In this document: positions 1-13,963 of the stretch, in pieces
Position numbering within the stretch: the stretch's first letter is position 1
How the letters are laid out: each line of letters starts with the position of its first letter
Assembly: GCF_009914755.1 (NCBI RefSeq)
Contig: NC_060943.1
DNA from: the human T2T-CHM13v2.0 reference genome, Homo sapiens
Reading direction: 5' to 3' (one strand)
Length of the DNA: 64,000 nucleotides
The notes under the pieces: model-generated
Told to the model about the DNA's origin: nothing
Databases searched by the model: none
What the model saw: only the letters and a program-made list of their open reading frames with translations
Program-made: the position numbers and the translations under genes

Positions 1-3000
1 AGGGGAGGCACAGCAGGCCCTGGGAACATAGAGCTGGGGCTTCCAACCCAGTGAGGCTGTGAAGGGAGTGAATCAGGGAATGCTGCTGGGAGAGGGGCTG
101 TCTGGACAGAAGGACAAGCAGCATTTGGCCACATGACCGGGAAGCACACGGCAGCAGAGTGAGGAGTGCTGGAGGAACCAGGTCAGGGTGGCACATGCAG
201 TGGGCCTAGTACTGTGCTAATGCTTGGGACACGCCTTGGGGACAGACTGGAAAACAGGGCAGCCTGGGGGAAGAGGAGCTAAGTGGAGGTGGTAGGGTGG
301 GGGGGGGGGGGGTGGCACGGTGGGGGGTCACCTCCGCCCTTCCCTGGGGTCTGAGGTCTGCACATTTATACCTGCATGTGTCAGTGTAGAAGCTCCTAGG
401 AAGGAAACTCCAATCAAATTGAAGCAGTTCCTATGACAGCTTTTTTGAGGAAAGAGCCAAAGATCTCTGCGATGAAGGTGGGGATCCTGGTGGAAGGGGG
501 TCTCTTCCCCTGGTGGGATACAGGCTTCCTCCTGACCCTAGAGGAACTGTTCTCCTTGCAGGGGGCAGTAGGTCTCTGAGGAGGTGGGGGGCTTGAGGAG
601 GTGGGCCCTTCCTCTAAAGCAGAAATGACCAATCTGGGACCCAGGTGGCTTGGGGGTGTGTGTGCGAAGTCCATAAAACCCTCACCCTGAACCCTGATGA
701 AGTCACCTCTGTAATTTGGTGGACAGCATCTTTATCTAGGGAAAGGGCCCAGATACTGCCTCTTCAAAGAGTAAGGAGGGTGAAAGGAGGAGGGCGGTTT
801 CAACAGCCCACATGTGAGAGTTAAATAGCAGGCTTCCTGGTAGCACCTCTACAAGCAGCCTCCAGGGACCAGGACTCAAAAAGGTTTTATCTGTATTTTT
901 TCTGCCAAGAGACTGACTGGTGGCAAAACTTTGATGACAAAATGAATTCTGTGTCTATTTCAGAGGCAGCAAGGAGGGGAGAGGGTGCTGTAGAGCCCCT
1001 TGGGACAGGGTGGGTGGTGGGGGCTTCCCAGACTTAAGGAAAGGAGTGAGGTCTCTGCAGCCTACTGCAAGCAAGGAAAGGAGAAAGCAAGGAGCTGGGC
1101 TGAACCCCAGCGGTGGCCCAGGGGAGAAAGGTGAGTTTCCCAACGCTCCAGGTGAAGAAGGGTTGTAGAATCCTGTTTTACCTCTTAGACTTATCTTAGT
1201 TTCTGCCATGATATGCACAGCAAAGGCATCCACAAATGGGGTCTCCCAGACGCGTGATGGTTTCATATACGTGGCCAGCGTTCTTCGAGCACTTCTTTAT
1301 GTGTTAGGTTTTATCTGCATCATGTCACCTAATCTCCACAACCACCTTAGGAGGTGGCTTACACCAACATCCTTTCACAGGAAAGGAAACGGATAATCAG
1401 GTCAAGCGACCTGTCGGAGGTGGGCCCGGGTCTTCGGGCCAGGTGGGCCGACTCTGAAGCCCCGGCCCATGCTCCTGAGTGCCACGCTCCACTCCGCTGC
1501 TGGCCAAGAACTACGTGTGCAAAAGGGAGGAGTTACCTGGACTCCAGTTTGCTTCCTCTCACCTTTTCTGTACAGGTAGGCCTCAGAGCTACAACACATA
1601 CACTCTTCCCTTTAGAGAAATGACAGCAGGAATAAAGTAGCTGTCAGTTGCTGTTCTGGATAAGCACCTATGGAGGAGCACGAACCAAACTAGGGGGCTA
1701 GTCATGAGTTCCGGGGTCAGTGAAAGGCTTCCCACAGGTCACATGACCACCTGCCTCAGCCAACACAGTGTGTGATTATCCCAATGGCTGATCCCCGACA
1801 AGACTGCAATCCTTTAAGGTTGTCAAGACAAGGATCAAAGACACATTCCAAGGCACACACTCAATGGTGACACAAGCTGCTTTCTGTCTTCATCTGTCAA
1901 ATGTTCGGCCCTGGAATGCTTTGCGTAATATATTCAGAATCTAAGCTGACAACACACACACTCTCGCCTCCGCCTCTCTCCTCTTCCGTATAAACTTTCT
2001 TTCCTCACTGCTGCAGAGAATAATTTACAAAGAAGCAAGGGCAGCCCTGCCTTACAGTAAGCTTTGCTTCCCCACCAGCCCATGGCTGTCTCCAGCCTGT
2101 CATGGAGGATCTCCCGCTAAAACTAAATAGAAGAAACTACGTAGGCCTGGGAAAACACATATAAGAGAGAATCTGGAATATCTTTGCTTTTTCTGTTTAT
2201 TCGCCTCCTGACTGATGACTCCAATACCTGCCAAGAAAATGCCCTCATCTAGAAAGCAATTGAGAACTCCTGACCAAACTGTCAGCAAGGTACTTGCATA
2301 AAATTAGCTTTAATCCTGGGCTGATATGTCTTAATCTTCTTACCTGTGAAAAAAATATGGAAAGCATCTCGCCAACACAAATAACAGTCTATTAAAATGT
2401 GGCAACTCCTGTAATCTGGTGACACGATCACAACCCTTCAAGTCATTTATTTTTTCAGAAATTATTATAAACAGTTCTGTGCCACAGCACAAAGGTAAAT
2501 CTGTCACTGACGTGTCAGGTCTGTCCTCCAACTGATTCTTTGGTACGGAATGGAACTGATCTCAAACATGCAGTTGCTAGGTGATGCCTCTGCGGATCTC
2601 CGTGTATAGCATGCTCGGGTTCTCCAGCCCAGCTAGTGGAAGGCGGTGGGACCCTGGATGACTCCGTTCTTTTCTCAATACTCGAATATATTTCTATAAC
2701 TTTCAACTGGTCTCATGGAGATTATGGGGACACACTTTTTGGAGCTGATGATATCCTACATTTTATGTACTTCTTTCTGGAATGCTCATCATCTTGGCAT
2801 TACCTTCAACTACCGAACTCCAAGCCAACTTCCAACCACTCTCATCTCACCACCAGATACTTACACTTCCAACAAGCATTGCAGGGGCAACAGGCATTTG
2901 TTAAAAGGCCTTTACTGGACTCCGAGGTAGGTACTTTACATATCTAGTCTCATTCATCATAGACGCATCCCCATGACATCCTCCTCATATCCCACTCCAC

Positions 3001-3187
3001 CCCATGAGGGCCAAGCCACATTCTGCCTTCTTTATTTCTACCTTTATCAGCCCTGCAGCCAAACCCTTCTAAGCCTCCACTCCTGCGCCACCCAGACCGT
3101 AAGCCCCGGGGGGCAGAACTTGCACTTCTGAACAGAAACCCCATAAAGTTATACAAAGTCAGCAACTCTGCCTACAACTGTATGGAT

Positions 3188-3677
<490 letters not shown>

Positions 3678-5439
3678 CTACAGAATTTATGCTGAGGCAG
3701 CAGAGCAAAACTGATGATACTGGAGAGCGCGGGCTCTGGTCTTTGTGTGTGTTCAAACCTGCCCTGGCCACTTACTTGCGGTTGGGATCCCAGATAAGAC
3801 AATGTACCTCTGGCACAATGTCTTCATTTGCATATCAGGGCTGTTATTTCACCCCAGGCAGCTTCGGCAAGGATGAAATGAAATGCTGCACATGCCGTGT
3901 TTGGGGAAGTGGTTGGCACACAGGATGATTCCACACTGGCACTGGTAGCATTATTATGCTCGGAAGATTGCAAACATATTGATGCCACCTTAAAGCATAG
4001 GCCTTGGATTCAAGGACAGCTGCCAGTGCCCGGCAACGACAAATGCGTCAGAGTCTGACCCCTTTTAGGGGGTGGAATGGTTGGATCCAAGAGCTGCCTG
4101 GACGCCTGGGACACTCAAGGCAAACGCTCAGGTGCTCGGAATGCCTGAGCCCTTCTGAGGTCACAGGAAACAGGTGGGATCTGAAGGCAGGCCGAGCCGA
4201 GCAGCCAAGCCTTGCTCTCACCAGCAGGATCTACCAAGCACAGACTTGTGCTAGGCACCGAGCTTGCCACTGGAGACAGGAAAGAAATGGCAGACAAGGC
4301 CGCAGCTCTCTACTGGGAAAGAGAAAACAAACAAGTACCTGCTGTGTGCAGAGATAACTGGGTAGTTCTGGAGCTGGGTGCTGCAGAGAAAATACCACAG
4401 GATGGTGGGAGAGAGTGAGTGAATGGGTAAGGCCTCGCTGAAGCTCACACATGAAGGGTGAGCAGGGATGAGCCAGGTGAAGGCAGGGGATCCCAGGCAG
4501 AGGGGACCCCAAGTCAAAGGTTCTAAGGAAAGGAAGAGCCTGGAGGCCCATGTTTGGAGGGGAGGAGAACGGGAAGGGCTGGGTGGAGCCCACAGGACGT
4601 TCAGCCTTGCAGGCCATGCTGACGAATCTGGATTTATCCAGTGTAAAGGTTGGGGCCCAGGCTCTGGACTCTTAGGACCCAGTGGCCATCACCATCAATG
4701 CTGCAAAACATCCTCTCTCCTCTGAGCAGAGGGTAACTGCCTGTTTTCTCACCCTCTCCCCCAGAGAAAGGCAAGTTCTCAAGGACCGTTTCCACTCACG
4801 CTCTGCTCTCACAGATGCAACGCAGGAATTAATTCTGGGTAAATAAGTTCCCAAAATTCTCTGTGGCAAACCTGGGGGAGTTTAATTTAGCAAAGGCATT
4901 TTAAACTTACTGCAAAAGGCAAGGCCTGCCTTCTAAACATGTGTATGGAGTAACTACTACTGTCTCTAGAATTTCCTCCCTTTCTTTGAACACCATAAAC
5001 AGCGACAGCGAAATGCAGTGCCCTACGCGGGTCAGTTTTCAGGGGTGAACGAGTGCCCATTACCTAGAGTTTACTGACTCACCGGGAAGGACAAGCATGA
5101 ACTCCTAGACTCCATGGCTGGAGACAGGCGCACTGGCCCTAGCCAGCCCTACCTGCTTCCATGGCCTCGGGCTTCAGCCCCTGTGAAATGGTGCAGCCAG
5201 GACTCAGGCATCCCTGAAGGTTCTTCCCAGCCCTTACATTCTGTCAGGTCCTCACCCTGGACCAGAGGCAGTGTTAAAGGTCAAGGAAAAGACTGTTCTT
5301 CCTGAAGAGGGATATGATGTCCATTGAGGCCTACTCAGCTGCCAAAAGGCCAGAATAGAAAAATAAGGTTGGGAGGAAGGGCCTTAAACTCTAGCTGGCA
5401 ATTAATTTATTCCTGGGTAGGTTCCTTTGATCCTATGAC

Positions 5440-5665
5440 CAGTGGTTCTCACCCAGGAGTAACTTCATCTCCCTGGAGACACTGGTCAAAATCTGGAGAC
5501 ATTGTGACTGTCATGTTTGTGGGGGTGTGGAGGAAACTGTTACAGACATCTAGTGGATGGAGACCAGGGATGCTGACCAACATCCTAGGAGGCTCAGAAC
5601 AGTGCCCTACCAGCAAGTGACCCAAGTCCAAATGTCAACTGAGCTGAGGGCAAGAAACCTTGCAT
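5440..5665 (+). mobile_element. MER20-like hAT DNA-transposon remnant
   Basis: CAGTGGTTCTC...TCTGGAGACATT...GGGATGCTG...GAAACC pattern; similar copies at ~5905-6120, ~8793-9015, ~9450-9685, ~25540-25750 and ~40053-40250. Confidence 0.7.
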
Positions 5666-6490
5666 TAATCTTGGGCAAAAAAATTGAGCTGGATCTCTAA
5701 CTCACATTATACACCAAAATAAATCCCCAATAGATTAGATGGCACAAACCAGGGTGACCCCCCACCCTGGCTTCTGGGATTCACCGCCTCTCTCCCTCCC
5801 CACTCAGACTGTGGCTTTAAATGTGTACAGGCTCCTACGACCTCAGTAGGTTAGATAACTATGGAACACAAAGTCTCTTGGGTGTCAATGAAATCCCATA
5901 ACCCAATGGTTCTCAAGTGGGGGCAATTCTGACATTAAGGGGACACTGGACAGTGTCTGGAGACCTTTTATCTTCTCATGACTGGGAGTGGATGGGTGGG
6001 ATGACTGGGTGCTATGGCATCACATGAGTAGAGGCTAGAGGGGCTACCCAACATCCTCCAAAGCACAAGATGGCCACCACCAGCCCCAATGTCAAGAATA
6101 CTGAGGTGGAAAAACCCTGGTATAACTCACAGGGTGCTTTCTCTCTACTCAGGCATCCAATTAGGAGAATCACAGCTAGAAGTAACTGACATGTATCTCC
6201 ACATTCCAGTAGGTCAATTACCAGAAGTATATTCTCTCTCACACCACAATCCTCAGACTCGCGTATCATCGTTCCCATTTTACAGATGCAAGAGCTAAGG
6301 TCAGACAACTTGCCCATGTTTCTAGGGCAGAAGGCAAGACACAAACCAAGGACAGCCAATCCAGGTGCTTCCAACCATGCCACAAGTTGCCAATGGGAAC
6401 CTGCTGGTCAGCTCTGGTTTAGAATTCTCCCGATGTTGGCAAGGCAGCGGAGAAACCCACACTGTACACTGAGGCTCTGCTAGCACATGC

Positions 6491-7125
6491 CAGTGGTTCT
6501 CAAATTTCCTGGTCTCGGGACCCCTTTCCACGCTTGTCAATGACTGAACATCCCCAAGAGCTTTTGGAAATGTGGGATGTAGCTACTACTGACACCATAT
6601 TAGAAATGAAACCTAAGACAATTTCAAAATACTTAAGATTATAATAAACTCCAGAAAGGTTTAGTTAAATAACATATTTTTATGAAAAATAAGTATTTAA
6701 AAAAATCTGAGAAGAGTGGCATTATTTTACATTTTGACAAATGTCTTTAACGTCTGACTTAATAGAAGATAGCTGAATTCTCTCTCTTTTTTTTTTATTA
6801 AAGAGAGGGGCTTTGTTGCCCAGGCTGGCTTTGAACTCCTGGGCTCAAGAGATCCTCCCACCTCAGCCTCCCAAGTAGCTGGGACTGCAGGTGTTTGCCA
6901 CTGTGCCCGGCCTGAATTCTCTTATCTGCTTCTATAGTTCATCTGTTGGCATATCACACATCCAATAACCTCTGGAAAAAAACTCCACTGTCCATTTTCA
7001 AGTGAATAAGAGTGAAAAAAGAGCAGATAGTGTCTTTGTGTTGTTATGAAATAGTTTTGAACTTGCAGTCCCCTTGAAAAGGTCTTGGGGACTGCAGGGC
7101 CCCGGACCATCTTTGAGAACTGCTG
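6491..7125. mobile_element. hAT-Charlie (Charlie1-like) remnant, interrupted by a FLAM/Alu monomer (6787-6912, minus; TSD TGAATTCTCT)
   Basis: Terminal inverted CAGTGGTTCTCAAA...TTTGAGAACTGCTG ends; Charlie-type internal sequence. Confidence 0.7.
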
Positions 7126-10100
7126 CCATATGCTATCTGAGTTCTAGCATTCCAAGGACACTAAATCCTAAATTACAGACCATGAGGTGCTTTATGCTAA
7201 GGTTCTAGCTAAAGAGCACTCTAAGTGTAGAGAATGCAGAGTCTAGGAGTCTGTATAATAGGATTGAAACCCAAATACCAACCAAGGTCACAGGCACTGG
7301 AAGAGAAGGAAGTGGGCTAGGCCCCAAGTAACATGGCGGAGACCACAATATCCAATCTAATCTATCCACAGGCGCAGCTGTTCCTTAGCACTGAAAAATC
7401 ACTGCTGTGCAAGAATGCAGGCCAAGGGTGGTTGCTGTTTTCTGAGAGAAATCAGAAATACAATTTTTTTCCCCTCTGAAATCTCAGAATTTTAAGTGTT
7501 GGCTCCTAATTACAAACAAAAACCTAAATGGGCCAAATTAAATATGTCTGCTTGCCCTTCAGGCAAGTTTGCAACTTCTGCCTGTGGTTTTCAACTCTGG
7601 CTTCATGTTGTTAAACATCTGTGGAGCTCTTTAAAACCACAGACACCCTAGAACTCCTGGAACCATCTCCAATGGTGCAGCCCAGGCAGCAGTTTTGATT
7701 TTCCCTGACAACCTCCTTAAACAAGTGTGAAGCCCATCCAGGGCTGAGATCCATAGCTAGTGCTGTGTGGCAGCTCTAAGTGCCAAGACTACTGAGGAGG
7801 AAGCAAACTGTGGACATGTGGAAGGTGGTGGTGAGGAGCTTTACCCTGATGTCCCAGGCCACGTTATTCTCTACTGCGTAGGGCAGAGTCAAACAGAACA
7901 CCGCTCCACCAGGACCCCCTAAAACAAAGAAAACATCACCACCAGACCCTGAATAGATAATGATGCAAGCCCAACTGCCTCACGATTGCTTCAAAGTACC
8001 ATGGAGAGCTACCAAATGCCCAGCCAAGCCAATACCAGCCATCTCGGCAGTTTTGTGGTCCTCTGGTAAGTTTTGAGGAACGGCGCTCTCTTCTCAGATT
8101 CCCCAAATGCATCTCAACTTTCCCCAAATGGCCTTCGTCTCCCACTACACCCAGGCCTATTCACTGTCTGAACTCACGTAGGAGGGCAGAATTCAACCCC
8201 CCTTCTCCACCCCAAGCTCCTCCAAATGCCACTCGAAGCTCACCCCATTCCTGCTGCTTCTGCTCACTCTGACCACCTCAGAGGAGGAGCACACACCAGA
8301 CCCAGGTTGACCCTAACACCTAATGAATGCACGAGGGTGCCGGGAAAATCCCATTTTCTGGTAAACGGAGAGGCAGGCTGAAGGCTTGTTTGAAACATTT
8401 TGCAGAAGCCCAGTGAGGGCTTTTCTGTCTATACGCAGGATCCTGGGCAAAATGGAAAGTCTCTTCAAAGAGTATAAAGATTTTGCAGCCTGGATACCCC
8501 TTGGGTACCATCAGGCCCCTTCTGCTACAGATACAGGAGGCACAGTGGAGGTGAAAGCACACATTCTGCTCTAAGCAAAAATCCCAGAATTAGTTTTTAT
8601 AATAAATTCACGAGAAACTTTCCAAAAGTTGTTTAAGATAGGTTCCAACTATTTCAGTTCTAGCTAACCAATAAAAATTCAGTTGCATCTCACCCTCTCA
8701 GGGGCTAGGTTTTAAGTCAACAAGGTGCAAGCTGAGAGAAGCCAAACCACCCTCAAAAATCTCTCGACTCATACCTGGTCAGGCTTTTAAATCAGTAGTT
8801 CTCAACTGAAAGCAACTCTGCCCCCGGGGGGACACTGGGACGGAGACATTTCCACTGTCATGACTGGCGGGGATGAGGAGGGGGATGTGCTATTAGCATT
8901 TAGTGGGGTAGAGGCCAGGGATCCTCATTAAGATCCTACAGTGCACAGCGCAATCGCCCACAACAGAGAATTACCTGGCCCCAGATGTCTGTAGTGCTCA
9001 GGCTGGGATCCCTGAGATCACTAAGTGACAGGCAGGACAGAACTTAGGAGGACCCAGAGCCCAGGCCCTGCTGGTCTTCTGCCAGGGGCTCAGCCCAGGG
9101 CCAACTCTGAGTGGGGCAGGTTCACCCACACAATGGAGACTTTGCTGAACCCTTCAGCTGAATGTGTCCAGAGCAGAGTGCACTGTAGTAAAAACAGTGA
9201 CCTGAGTGTTTATTACTATGAGCAGAGACTGGTGCTAAACAATGTATGTGCACTCATTCCTTCAATGCTCACAGCAACCACGAGGTGGGTGTGGTTACCA
9301 TTATTCCCATTTTATTGGTGTGGAAACGGGGGGCTCAAAGAGGTTAAGAAATTTGCCCCAAATGACTCAGAGTGGACAGCGGAGTTAAAACACAAACCCA
9401 GCTCTCTGAGGACCAAAGCCTGTGTCCCCACCATCGATACCAGTGAGTCTCTCACCTGGGGGCGATTCTGCAGCCTCCCCACCCCCACTCCCCAGGGGCT
9501 GTGTCAGGAGACTTCTTCTGTTGTCATGACGACCCCGCGAGTGAGGGGAGGTGTGTGCTACTGGCATCTAGTGAGTAGGTCCAAGGATGCTACCGTGCTG
9601 CTAAGGATCCTGCAACGCACAGGACAGCCCCTCCCGCCAAAGAGAGCCATCAAAACGTCAACTGCACCACACAAAGGTGAGAGCCCTGCTTCACACTGTC
9701 TCCCGGGTTTCCACCACGCATGTCCACAGGCCAACAGGGCCTTTCATGTCAGGATCTAGAATCCAAGATTCCCTGGAGTTCAAATGTGCTTTGCTCACCC
9801 TCTTTCCAGTCTTCTTTACCTTTGCCAGGGACAAAACTCTGCCTTCAAATCCTGATGTCAGCCTACAATGCAGCATAACCCTAGAGACAGGATGAGTAAT
9901 GAGTCTGGGAGGTATCAATGGGGAAATGCCAAGCAGGGGAGACTTATCCCTGGATGCAAGGGTGAAACATGCACACACACTGTCTGAGAGGAAAAGCACT
10001 CAGGTGGACTTTAAAAGTCCCAGACCACAGGAAGGGCTGTGAGAGTTGCTGTCACCATCCATGAGGCGTTCACCATGGTGACGAGGGCCAACAAGATGCT

Positions 10101-10939
10101 TTACACAACAGAAAACATTTCCTCGTATACAAGCAGAGGACACCTACCCTCTACTACTCAAACCAGCGGGTCTCAACCCTGCCTGCACATGAGAATCACC
10201 TGTGCTGCCACCTGTACAGAGGCCCAGAACCCACCCAACACCAGAGAGAATCGGAATCTGCAGGGCGTGGCGACTGAGCATCTGCGGTTTCAGGAAAGTT
10301 CCCCAGGGGGTACTGATGCCCAGCCGGGTGGACAGCCGCTGCTCAGCCTGACACAGAGGTGGGACTGGCCCAGAGAAGAGAGATGGCAAATGGATGGAGG
10401 AGGGACTGGGTGTGAGGGTGGAGCAACTTATGATCTCAGTCTGGAAAGGCAGAAGCCAAGAGGGCATTTGACTAGAGCTTAAACAGCAAGAACAAACACG
10501 TGACCATGGGGCAGCCCCTAAAGCTTCAAAAGGCACAGGCAAGGAGGCCCCACTTTACACAGTGAATAACAAATTAAACATCCTGGCAGGCTGTACAAGC
10601 CAAAACCAGAAATGGAGCGTTCAAGAAACACACAATGACTGATTGAAGGACGGCAGGGATATATGAGGCACAAAGTCCACCAAGATTTGATTTCCTGAGG
10701 ACAGTTATCCCAGAACTAGCGTCAGGGACAACGTGCTAGGTGAGTGTGGCACTTACTAGGGAAAAAAAGTGAAGTTCAAAACATTCCATTTCTCTCTTTG
10801 GCCCTTACCAGTTCAACTATCCCATTTACAACCAATAGCTCATGTGGACAGCATATGCTAGAAACAGTATCCCCTGGAAAAGGGCAAGCCATAATTTCCC
10901 CTTTGTGCTCAAATGTATTCCTCACAACAGGGTCCTCAC

Positions 10940-11800
10940 TGGTGAATTCATTCATTCATGCATTCATTCATTCAACCAATATTTCCTGTGTACCTACTCT
11001 GTGCCAGGCACCGTTCTAGATGCAAGGGGGCAATCAGTGATCATAACATAAAAATCCCTGACCTCATGGAGCTTACATGGGGCAAACATGCATGTAATAT
11101 CTAGCATGCCGGATTGTTAAGAGCTATACAGGAAAATCAAGCAGGGTGAACGGAATAGAGAACATGGATTTAATTTGAAATAGGTGGCCAGAGAAGCTCT
11201 CATTAATAAAGTAACATATATGAGTAAAAACCAGAAGAAGTGAGCCATGGGGGTATCTGGGGGAAAACTGTTTCAGTTAGAGGAATCAGCAGGAGAAAAG
11301 GCTAAAAGCGGGGAGTGTATGCAACATTCAAGGAAAACTGAAAAAGCCAGAGTAGTTAGCACAGAGCAAGGCAGCAGAGAGTGGCGAGAGAGAAGGACAG
11401 GGACATATTGGGGCCCACTATGGGCTGAGAAGTTCTCAGATGGGTAAGGGTGGAGGGAACGGGGGCTAAGCATTGACGGTGTTGGTGGGGAGAAGTGGTG
11501 GTCCCCCTTTGGGAATAATTTTAAGGTAGAAATGATAGTATTTGCTGTGCAGTATGAGAAAGAGGGAAACCAGGGGTGACTTCAAGGTTTGGGGCCAGAA
11601 GAATTCAAAGAATGGACCTGCCTAACTAACTACAATGGGTGAAAGACCATGGGATGGGCAGGTGTAGTGGGGGAGATAAGGATTTTGTTTTGGAAACGCT
11701 CTAGACTTACCTATGACACATCCAAATGGAGATGTCGAAATGTGATGCTGGACATGAGTCCTGAGTTCAAGAAGCTATGTGGGCTCAGGATGTAAATACA
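10940..11800. mobile_element. L2 LINE remnant
   Basis: (CATT)n end, TACTCTGTGCCAGGCAC and typical L2 body; further L2 pieces at ~35150-35500 and ~56790-57600. Confidence 0.7.
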
Positions 11801-11912
11801 TAAAATATGTCATACTGATTCCCACTTACCCAGTCCCTCTGTAACTAGATCTCATGAGTTGGAATGCTGCAACCCTCCATGGGCTCCTTTATCTTAAAAA
11901 AAGAGATGTAGC

Positions 11913-12434
<522 letters not shown>

Positions 12435-13509
12435 CTAACAGTATCTATACCTCCTACCAGGGAAAACAGTATGTCAAGACTTTGCACCACACCTGGTAAC
12501 TACCCTAAATGCTCCACAAGACCAAGCACTTCCTATCATCATTCATTCATTACTGCAATTCGGTAGGGAAAACCCTCCAGTCACAGGGAGCACCGAATGG
12601 GGGAATCAGAGCCAGACAGGTAGAGAGCTTGCCTGCATTTGTGCAACTAGAAAAGGGGGGGAGCTAAAAATAGGCCTCAGAAGTCTTGAAGCTACAGCGA
12701 TGGCAACACGACTATGGATGGAAGCAGACATCAGCCTTATGGTGCCTTCTCGGGGGATCTGGAAGTGTAACCTTGTCAAAAACACTCAGGTGGGCTGTCA
12801 GCGCTCCACAGAGGAGGGACTCGCACGGTCTCTTGTCTGGAAGTGCAGCAAAAAGGGCCAAAGAGCAGCCAGGGTTTTCGGCGGCCCAGATCCTGCGGCG
12901 GGGCCTAAATGAGGGGGAGACGAAGCGCCCCGAAGGATCCGGGGGGAACTGGCGGGAAGTGGGGGCCGAAGTTCGGGGCGGGGACGGGGTGAAAACGGCC
13001 TGGGCTTCCTCCGTCCGCGGTGTGCGGCTGGCCCGCGGAGGACGAGGGCCTCACGGGCTTAGGAGATAGGCAGCCAGGCCGGGGAAGGGGAGATGCCGGG
13101 TGGCGGAGGACGAGGGGGCGGGGAGGGAGCGTGGCGCGCTCCGGGCCACAACCAGGCCCTAAGGTCTATTTACATCCGTGGCCGAAGCACTGGGGCCGCG
13201 CCTCCCGCCCCCTTCAGCCCCGAGCTTGGCTGCGACGCAGAGGGGCCTTAGGGCTGCGATCCCGATGGCCACCCGGCTCCTCTAGCCAGACGGCTGCAGT
13301 GGCTGGGGTTGCCGGGAGTGATGGGCCGGGCCGGTGAGCCCGGCCTGAGGGGACGCAATAGGGGGCGGCTGCAAGGCCCGCCACGGCGCTAGCCTGGAGC
13401 GGACGAAACCCTTGCACTCTGCGGTGCTCCCCCCAAGGGCTTGTGGCCCCTAGTCCTCCCGCCGCCCGTTCCCCGGCCGCCAGCCGGTCCCCAACGGCGC
13501 CTCCCCTAC

Positions 13510-13531
13510 CTTCGTTCGCCAGGTCCGCCAT
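13510..13531 (-). CDS. RANBP3: RAN binding protein 3, coding part of exon 1 (MADLANE + first base of next codon); remaining exons lie beyond the window start
   Basis: Minus strand reads GGAAGTAAA ATG GCG GAC CTG GCG AAC GAA G|GTAGGG. MADLANE matches the known RANBP3 N-terminus; GT donor at 13509-13508; inside a CpG island. Confidence 0.93.
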
Positions 13532-13849
13532 TTTACTTCCTTAAGCCCTCCCACAAGGCCCCGCGCCGGCCCAGGCTCGCCTGCTTTCTGCCAGAAACTC
13601 CCGCGCGTGCGCACTTAACAAGCCGACTCCGTGTGAGGCGGCCAGCTCGCGCCTGCGCGCTGAATGCCGCGCGGAGGCGAGCCCCGGATCGCCTGCCCTG
13701 CAGAGCAGCCTGCCCTGACGAGCCGCGCTCCTAGCACGCACCTGCGCACGAGCCATCTCCCGCCTCTTTTTCCCGCCGACTGAGAGGGCGGGGAAAGGGC
13801 CGGGAAGGGCGCATGCGCAGTGGCAGCGACTAAGGTTTAGTGAGGCGGC

Positions 13850-13963
13850 ACCGCGCGGCCCGAGGCGGGTCTTGAAGCACTCGTTTTCCCACTCGTTTTC
13901 CGGGGTTCCCCCGCGGTGGGACAGTGAGCAGTTCAGGGCGCCGCAGCCGAGGCCTTCCTCCAG
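13850..13963 (+). ncRNA. RANBP3-DT: Probable first exon of the divergent lncRNA RANBP3-DT (LOC100128568); start approximate
   Basis: Recalled annotation of a divergent transcript at this locus; plus-strand donor CAG|GTAAAT at 13963/13964 just downstream of the NRF1 sites. TSS and later exons cannot be determined from sequence alone. Confidence 0.45.

Noticed and set aside
2585-2947. Stop-free frame of ~120 codons (track ORF 2636-2947)
   Set aside because: GTG start, antisense to the RANBP3 intron, no recognisable protein similarity or splice context; compatible with chance.
9025-9759. 244-aa plus-strand ORF
   Set aside because: Crosses MIR-like and MER20-like remnants; no domain recognisable.
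13214-13509. 105-aa ORF continuing from the RANBP3 ATG
   Set aside because: Only the first 22 nt are exonic; the rest reads through the GT donor into GC-rich intron.
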